Shown here piece after piece: positions 27,750-32,000 of a DNA stretch of 32,000 nucleotides (position 1 is its first letter; the number at the start of each line of letters is the position of its first letter). The DNA is from Raphidiopsis brookii D9 (lineage in GTDB: Bacteria > Cyanobacteriota > Cyanobacteriia > Cyanobacteriales > Nostocaceae): positions 1 through 32,000 of the forward strand of contig ACYB01000046.1 in NCBI GenBank assembly GCA_000175855.1. Direction: 5' to 3'. The notes below the pieces were generated by a model. That model did no database searches, was not told the origin of the DNA, and saw nothing but the letters and a program-made list of their open reading frames with translations. Both the position numbers and the translations under genes were made by a program.

Positions 27750-29266
27750 ACCGTAGCTAGAAAAGTCTTTTTGTAATCAGCTAAACCTTCTTTCAGGGCT
27801 ACTTCTTCCGCTTCTCCTAGGACTTTGCTGGTTTGCACTCCTTGGTAATAAGAATTTTTACCACTCTTTAAGTAGTCACGGAAACCTCTGACAAAGCTGG
27901 TCACCTGGTTAACAGCTATATCATCTAAATAACCGTTAATACCGGCGTAAAGAATAGCGACCTGTTCAGCAACAGAGAGAGGATCATTTTGGGGCTGTTT
28001 CAACAGTTCCCGTAAACGTTGTCCTCGTGCTAACTGATCTTGGGTGGCTTTATCTAGGTCAGAAGCAAATTGGGAAAAGGCTTGTAAGTCATCAAACTGT
28101 GCCAATTCCAATTTAATCTTACCTGCTACTTTCTTCATTGCTTTAGTTTGGGCAGCAGAACCCACCCGGGATACAGAGATACCCGGATTCACTGCTGGAC
28201 GAACACCAGAGTTAAACAGGTCAGAAGAAAGGAAAATCTGTCCATCAGTGATAGAAATCACGTTGGTAGGAATGTAAGCAGAAACGTCACCAGCTTGGGT
28301 TTCAATAATAGGTAAAGCGGTCATACTACCCTTACCCAATTCATCACTCAATTTAGCTGCTCTTTCTAATAAGCGAGAGTGGATGTAGAACACGTCTCCT
28401 GGATATGCTTCTCTTCCGGGTGGACGACGTAACAGCAAGGACATTTGACGATAAGCTTGAGCTTGCTTAGAAAGGTCATCGTAAATCACTAAGGTAGCTT
28501 TACCTTGGTACATAAAGTACTCGGCAATAGTAGCACCTGTGTAAGGAGCTAGGAATTGTAAAGTAGCTGGGTCACTGGCATTAGCTGCTACAACTACTGT
28601 ATATTCTAAAGCGCCTTTTTCCTGTAGGGTTTGAACTACGTTAGCAACTGTGGAAGCCTTTTGACCCACTGCTACATAAACACAAACCACATCTTCACCT
28701 TTCTGGTTAATAATGGTGTCAATAGCAATAGAGGTCTTACCAGTTTGACGGTCACCAATAATTAACTCCCGTTGACCCCGACCAATGGGAATCATGGAAT
28801 CAATAGCTGTAATACCCGTTTGCATGGGTTCATGTACAGAACGACGGGCAATAATCCCAGGGGCAGGGGACTCAATCAAGCGGCTGGTAGTAGCTTTAAT
28901 TTCACCTTTACCGTCAATTGCTCTGCCTAAAGCATCTACTACCCGACCGATGAGGGCTTCACCCACACCTACCTGGGCAATTTTAGCGGTTGCAGTAACG
29001 GTACTACCTTCTTGAATATTTCTGCCTTCACCCATTAGTACGGCGCCCACGTTATCTTCTTCTAAGTTTTGGGCGATACCAACAGTGCCATCTTCAAATT
29101 CTAAAAGTTCCCCGGACATGACTTGTTGTAAGCCGTAGATCCGGGCAATACCATCACCAACTTGTAGTACAGTACCAACATTAGCAACCTTGACCTCTTG
29201 GTCATATTGCTCGATTTGTTGTTGGATAATGCTGCTGATTTCGTCAGGTTTAATGGAAATGCTCAT
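27746..29266 (-). CDS. atpA: ATP synthase F1 alpha subunit
   Basis: 506 aa. Walker A GDRQTGKT and near-identity to the cyanobacterial AtpA consensus throughout. Confidence 0.97.
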   Translation of the reverse strand: MSISIKPDEISSIIQQQIEQYDQEVKVANVGTVLQVGDGIARIYGLQQVMSGELLEFEDGTVGIAQNLEEDNVGAVLMGEGRNIQEGSTVTATAKIAQVGVGEALIGRVVDALGRAIDGKGEIKATTSRLIESPAPGIIARRSVHEPMQTGITAIDSMIPIGRGQRELIIGDRQTGKTSIAIDTIINQKGEDVVCVYVAVGQKASTVANVVQTLQEKGALEYTVVVAANASDPATLQFLAPYTGATIAEYFMYQGKATLVIYDDLSKQAQAYRQMSLLLRRPPGREAYPGDVFYIHSRLLERAAKLSDELGKGSMTALPIIETQAGDVSAYIPTNVISITDGQIFLSSDLFNSGVRPAVNPGISVSRVGSAAQTKAMKKVAGKIKLELAQFDDLQAFSQFASDLDKATQDQLARGQRLRELLKQPQNDPLSVAEQVAILYAGINGYLDDIAVNQVTSFVRGFRDYLKSGKNSYYQGVQTSKVLGEAEEVALKEGLADYKKTFLATV

Positions 29267-29305
29267 GTGCCTATTTTCGGTTTTCTTGTGAGACGGCAGA
29301 AGTTT

Positions 29306-29340
29306 TTGGTAATTGCTAATTGGTAATGAGTAATTGGTAA
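29306..29340. repeat. Tandem heptamer array in the atpD-atpA spacer
   Basis: TTGGTAA TTGCTAA TTGGTAA TGAGTAA TTGGTAA. This is the reverse complement of the ATTACCA-type units at 27704-27749. Confidence 0.75.
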
Positions 29341-29366
29341 CAGACCAAATTCCCCATTCTCCCTAT

Positions 29367-29921
29367 TTAACCACTGGTTAAGCGTAGAGAAAGACGACGT
29401 AGTTGACCACGTAAGCTGGCATCAATTACTTGGGAACCTACTTTAATCACTACACCACCAATTAAATCGGTGTCGATTTTAGTTTCAATTTCTACTTCCC
29501 GAGCCTTGGTAATAGAAATTACCTTTTCTCTTACTGTTTGTATTTGTTCATCGGTTAGGGGAATAGCAGAACTAACTTCCGCTAAAACCGTTTGGGTTAA
29601 TTCCCGCAACAGACTGATATACTGCTGTAAAATTGGTTCCAAAAAGGAAATCCGTCTTCTATCAACTAACAGCAAGATGAAATTTCTCAGGTAGGGATTA
29701 ACACTTTCTCCCAACAGTTGTTTGAGTAGATTCTTCTTGTTTTCTGGTTGAATAAAGGGGTTATCCAAAAAGTTTTGTAGTTCCCCAGAACCAGAAATCA
29801 AACTAATCAAAGTCCGCGCATCTGTGCCGAACTCTTCTGTCAAATTGTTGGCTTTAGCCACTGATAACAAAGCCTGTGCATAGGGCTGTGCTACTTCTGC
29901 TGTCGCTGCATTACTTTTCAT
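29367..29921 (-). CDS. atpD: ATP synthase F1 delta (OSCP) subunit
   Basis: 184 aa OSCP-family sequence (AQPYAQALLSVA...IGGVVIKVGSQVIDASLRGQLRRL), positioned between b and alpha. Confidence 0.93.
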   Translation of the reverse strand: MKSNAATAEVAQPYAQALLSVAKANNLTEEFGTDARTLISLISGSGELQNFLDNPFIQPENKKNLLKQLLGESVNPYLRNFILLLVDRRRISFLEPILQQYISLLRELTQTVLAEVSSAIPLTDEQIQTVREKVISITKAREVEIETKIDTDLIGGVVIKVGSQVIDASLRGQLRRLSLRLTSG

Positions 29922-29926
29922 GGTTC

Positions 29927-30484
29927 CTAACCTCCCAATTGAGCGATGCTACGGTCAATAATTCTTATTTGAGCATCCTCAGCAATGCCAGCTTTGAGTT
30001 CTGCTTCGGCTTTTTGCAAAGCTTTAGCCACCACTTTCTGCCGTAATTGAGAAATTACCCGCTCCAGTTCCGCATTTAAATCCGCCGCCCCAGCAGCTTG
30101 CATCTTCTCAACGTCAGCAGCAGCTTGGACTAAAATTGCTTCCCCAGCTGCTTTGGCACTAGTTTCCGCATCAGCTTTAATTCTGTTAGCTTCCACCTGG
30201 GCCTGTGTTAGTTTTTCCTCAGCTACCTTTAACTGCTTTGCAGCATTCGCAGCTCTTTCCTCTGCACTCTTAATTGCTGTTTCGATGTTTTCTCGACGAG
30301 TTTTTAGGGTGTTACCCAATACTTTACGTCCAAAAACAAACAGCACAGTAATAATAATGGCAAGGTTAATTAGGTTGGTCTCAAAAATATTAGTATTCAG
30401 ACCAATACCGCTATGTTCTGCTCCCTCTGCCAATTCACCCGTGACAGCGGTTGCTTCCGCTATCAATAGTAAAAAAGTCCCCAT
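29927..30484 (-). CDS. atpF: ATP synthase F0 subunit b
   Basis: N-terminal TM helix ([16 protein letters not shown]) followed by a long A/E/K-rich coiled coil, in the expected operon position. Confidence 0.92.
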   Translation of the reverse strand: MGTFLLLIAEATAVTGELAEGAEHSGIGLNTNIFETNLINLAIIITVLFVFGRKVLGNTLKTRRENIETAIKSAEERAANAAKQLKVAEEKLTQAQVEANRIKADAETSAKAAGEAILVQAAADVEKMQAAGAADLNAELERVISQLRQKVVAKALQKAEAELKAGIAEDAQIRIIDRSIAQLGG

Positions 30485-30596
30485 GTTTTTTTATCCACAA
30501 CTGCGCAGCCAAATTCAAATTTTCTTGTCGGTGGTCATTCTTCAAGTTGATGATTTATGACACCGTGACATCCCTGTAACTTAGTTTTGACCTAAT

Positions 30597-31088
30597 TTAG
30601 CGTTGGCTTATTAGATCAGCACCTAACAGCTTCTCCAATATTTGGCGACTGAGTGCATCCACCTGTGCTTCTAAAGAAGCTAAAGCTTGTTGTTTTTGCT
30701 GCTCAATTTCACTAGCTGCTTTTTCTCTTTGTGCCTGGGCTTCTTGCTGTGCTGCCGCTATCTTCTGAGCTGCTACTTTTTGTGCCTCTGCTTGAGCTTG
30801 AGCAATCACTGCCTGTGCTTGTCTTCTTGCACCAGCTAGTTCTTGTTCATACTGAGCCGCCAGTTTTTCTGCCTGGGACAAACGTTGTTGGGCATCCAAT
30901 TGATTATTCCGGATGTAGTCATTACGTCCATCAATAGCTTGACCCAATGGTTTATAGAGGGTTGCATTCAATATCAGGGCTAAAACTAGAAACTGAATTG
31001 CCATTAAGGGCAAAGTCGCGTCTAAGTCAAACAAGCCCCCTTCCTTGGCAACCTCTTCTACTGCCAACAAGGTGATCCAATGTGTCAT
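30597..31088 (-). CDS. atpG: ATP synthase F0 subunit b'
   Basis: [32 protein letters not shown] followed by an A/Q/E-rich coiled coil, positioned between c and b. Confidence 0.92.
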   Translation of the reverse strand: MTHWITLLAVEEVAKEGGLFDLDATLPLMAIQFLVLALILNATLYKPLGQAIDGRNDYIRNNQLDAQQRLSQAEKLAAQYEQELAGARRQAQAVIAQAQAEAQKVAAQKIAAAQQEAQAQREKAASEIEQQKQQALASLEAQVDALSRQILEKLLGADLISQR

Positions 31089-31120
31089 TGTTGCTTGTTC
31101 CTATGTATGGTTATAGTCCT

Positions 31121-31194
31121 GAGTTATAACTAGAGGATGAGTTACGAGTTAGTGAGTGATTAATTCAACCCCTAACTCTTAACTCCTAAGTCCC
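31121..31194. repeat. Heptamer arrays forming an imperfect inverted repeat in the atpH-atpG spacer
   Basis: GAGTTAC GAGTTAG TGAGTGA ... AACTCTT AACTCCT AAGTCCC. The arm 31139-31152 pairs with 31172-31185 at 13 of 14 positions. Confidence 0.75.
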
Positions 31195-31230
31195 ATCTTT
31201 TGTCACTCAGTCCAATAGACTGGTTACTAC

Positions 31231-31488
<258 letters not shown>

Positions 31489-31521
31489 TTACTTTAGAGA
31501 TACGGTTGATTTGGGAATTTG

Positions 31522-31663
31522 TAGTGTTAGTAGTCAGCTATCATCTATCAGTTATTGGTGATCAGATGCTATTAATTAGTGAAGCTCCCCCGGTTGACTT
31601 TTGACTACCTGTTGTCACCTGGCACTTTCACCTCTCACCTGTCACCTCATCACTGACTGTTGT
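31522..31663. repeat. Heptamer-periodic sequence in the atpI-atpH spacer
   Basis: AGTGTTA GTAGTCA GCTATCA TCTATCA GTTATTG GTGATCA (31522-31563) and TTGACTT TTGACTA CCTGTTG TCACCTG GCACTTT CACCTCT CACCTGT CACCTCA TCACTGA (31594-31656). Confidence 0.7.
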
Positions 31664-31675
31664 TTCCTGAGGGGT

Positions 31676-32000
31676 CTAATGACTTCCCTCATGCTCTTCG
31701 CCATGATGATCTTCCATCGCTTCACCAATATAAGCAGCAGCGAGGGTGGCAAAAATTAGGGCTTGAATGGCACTTGTGAATAGTCCCAAGGCCATCACTG
31801 GCAATGGCACAAACAGGGGCACTAGTAACACTAGCACGCCAACTACCAGTTCATCAGCTAAAATGTTACCGAATAAACGGAAACTTAGGGAAAGAGGTTT
31901 GGTGAAATCTTCAATAATCTTGAAGGGCAACATAAAGGACACTGGTTGCACATAGTTGCCAAAGTACCCTAAGCCTTTCTTGCTGAATCCAGCATAAAAA
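31676..32000 (-). CDS. atpI: ATP synthase F0 subunit a, C-terminal part; the gene continues beyond the window end
   Basis: The frame is open to position 32000 ([53 protein letters not shown]...). The conserved Arg-containing helix LSFRLFGN is present. Confidence 0.93.
   Translation of the reverse strand, partial: FYAGFSKKGLGYFGNYVQPVSFMLPFKIIEDFTKPLSLSFRLFGNILADELVVGVLVLLVPLFVPLPVMALGLFTSAIQALIFATLAAAYIGEAMEDHHGEEHEGSH

Overview
This is a 32-kb chromosomal segment of an AT-rich, probably filamentous (Nostocales-like) cyanobacterium. That call rests on gene content (psbN/psbH, raf1, atp1 operon order atpI-H-G-F-D-A-C on the minus strand), 15 perfect HIP1 octamers (GCGATCGC) and tandem heptamer (STRR-type) arrays in intergenic spacers. 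Most of the window is core housekeeping: a LivH-type permease, a hybrid histidine kinase, larE, DUF445 plus menG, raf1, a nuclease-fold protein plus a UvrD-like helicase, an ECF sigma/anti-sigma pair, an L,D-transpeptidase, an M23 peptidase, a GH38 alpha-mannosidase, psbN/psbH, tatA, pth, an HI0933-like flavoprotein, lpxD, an FKBP isomerase and seven ATP synthase genes. A ~2-kb accessory-looking islet (DUF29 remnant, AlbA_2/Schlafen-like ATPase gene, Uma2 nuclease) lies between menG and raf1. I recognised no rRNA, tRNA, CRISPR, transposase or integrase. The main observation is that six conserved genes, including essential atpC (ATP synthase gamma) and raf1, are each broken by a single +/-1 nt indel inside a homopolymer run. 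This is either systematic homopolymer error in the assembly or real gene erosion, possibly buffered by polymerase slippage. psbN (45 aa) is missing from the supplied ORF track. I found no convincing evidence for a new multi-gene system. The best follow-up candidates are the raf1-adjacent PD-(D/E)XK-like plus UvrD-like gene pair and the accessory islet.
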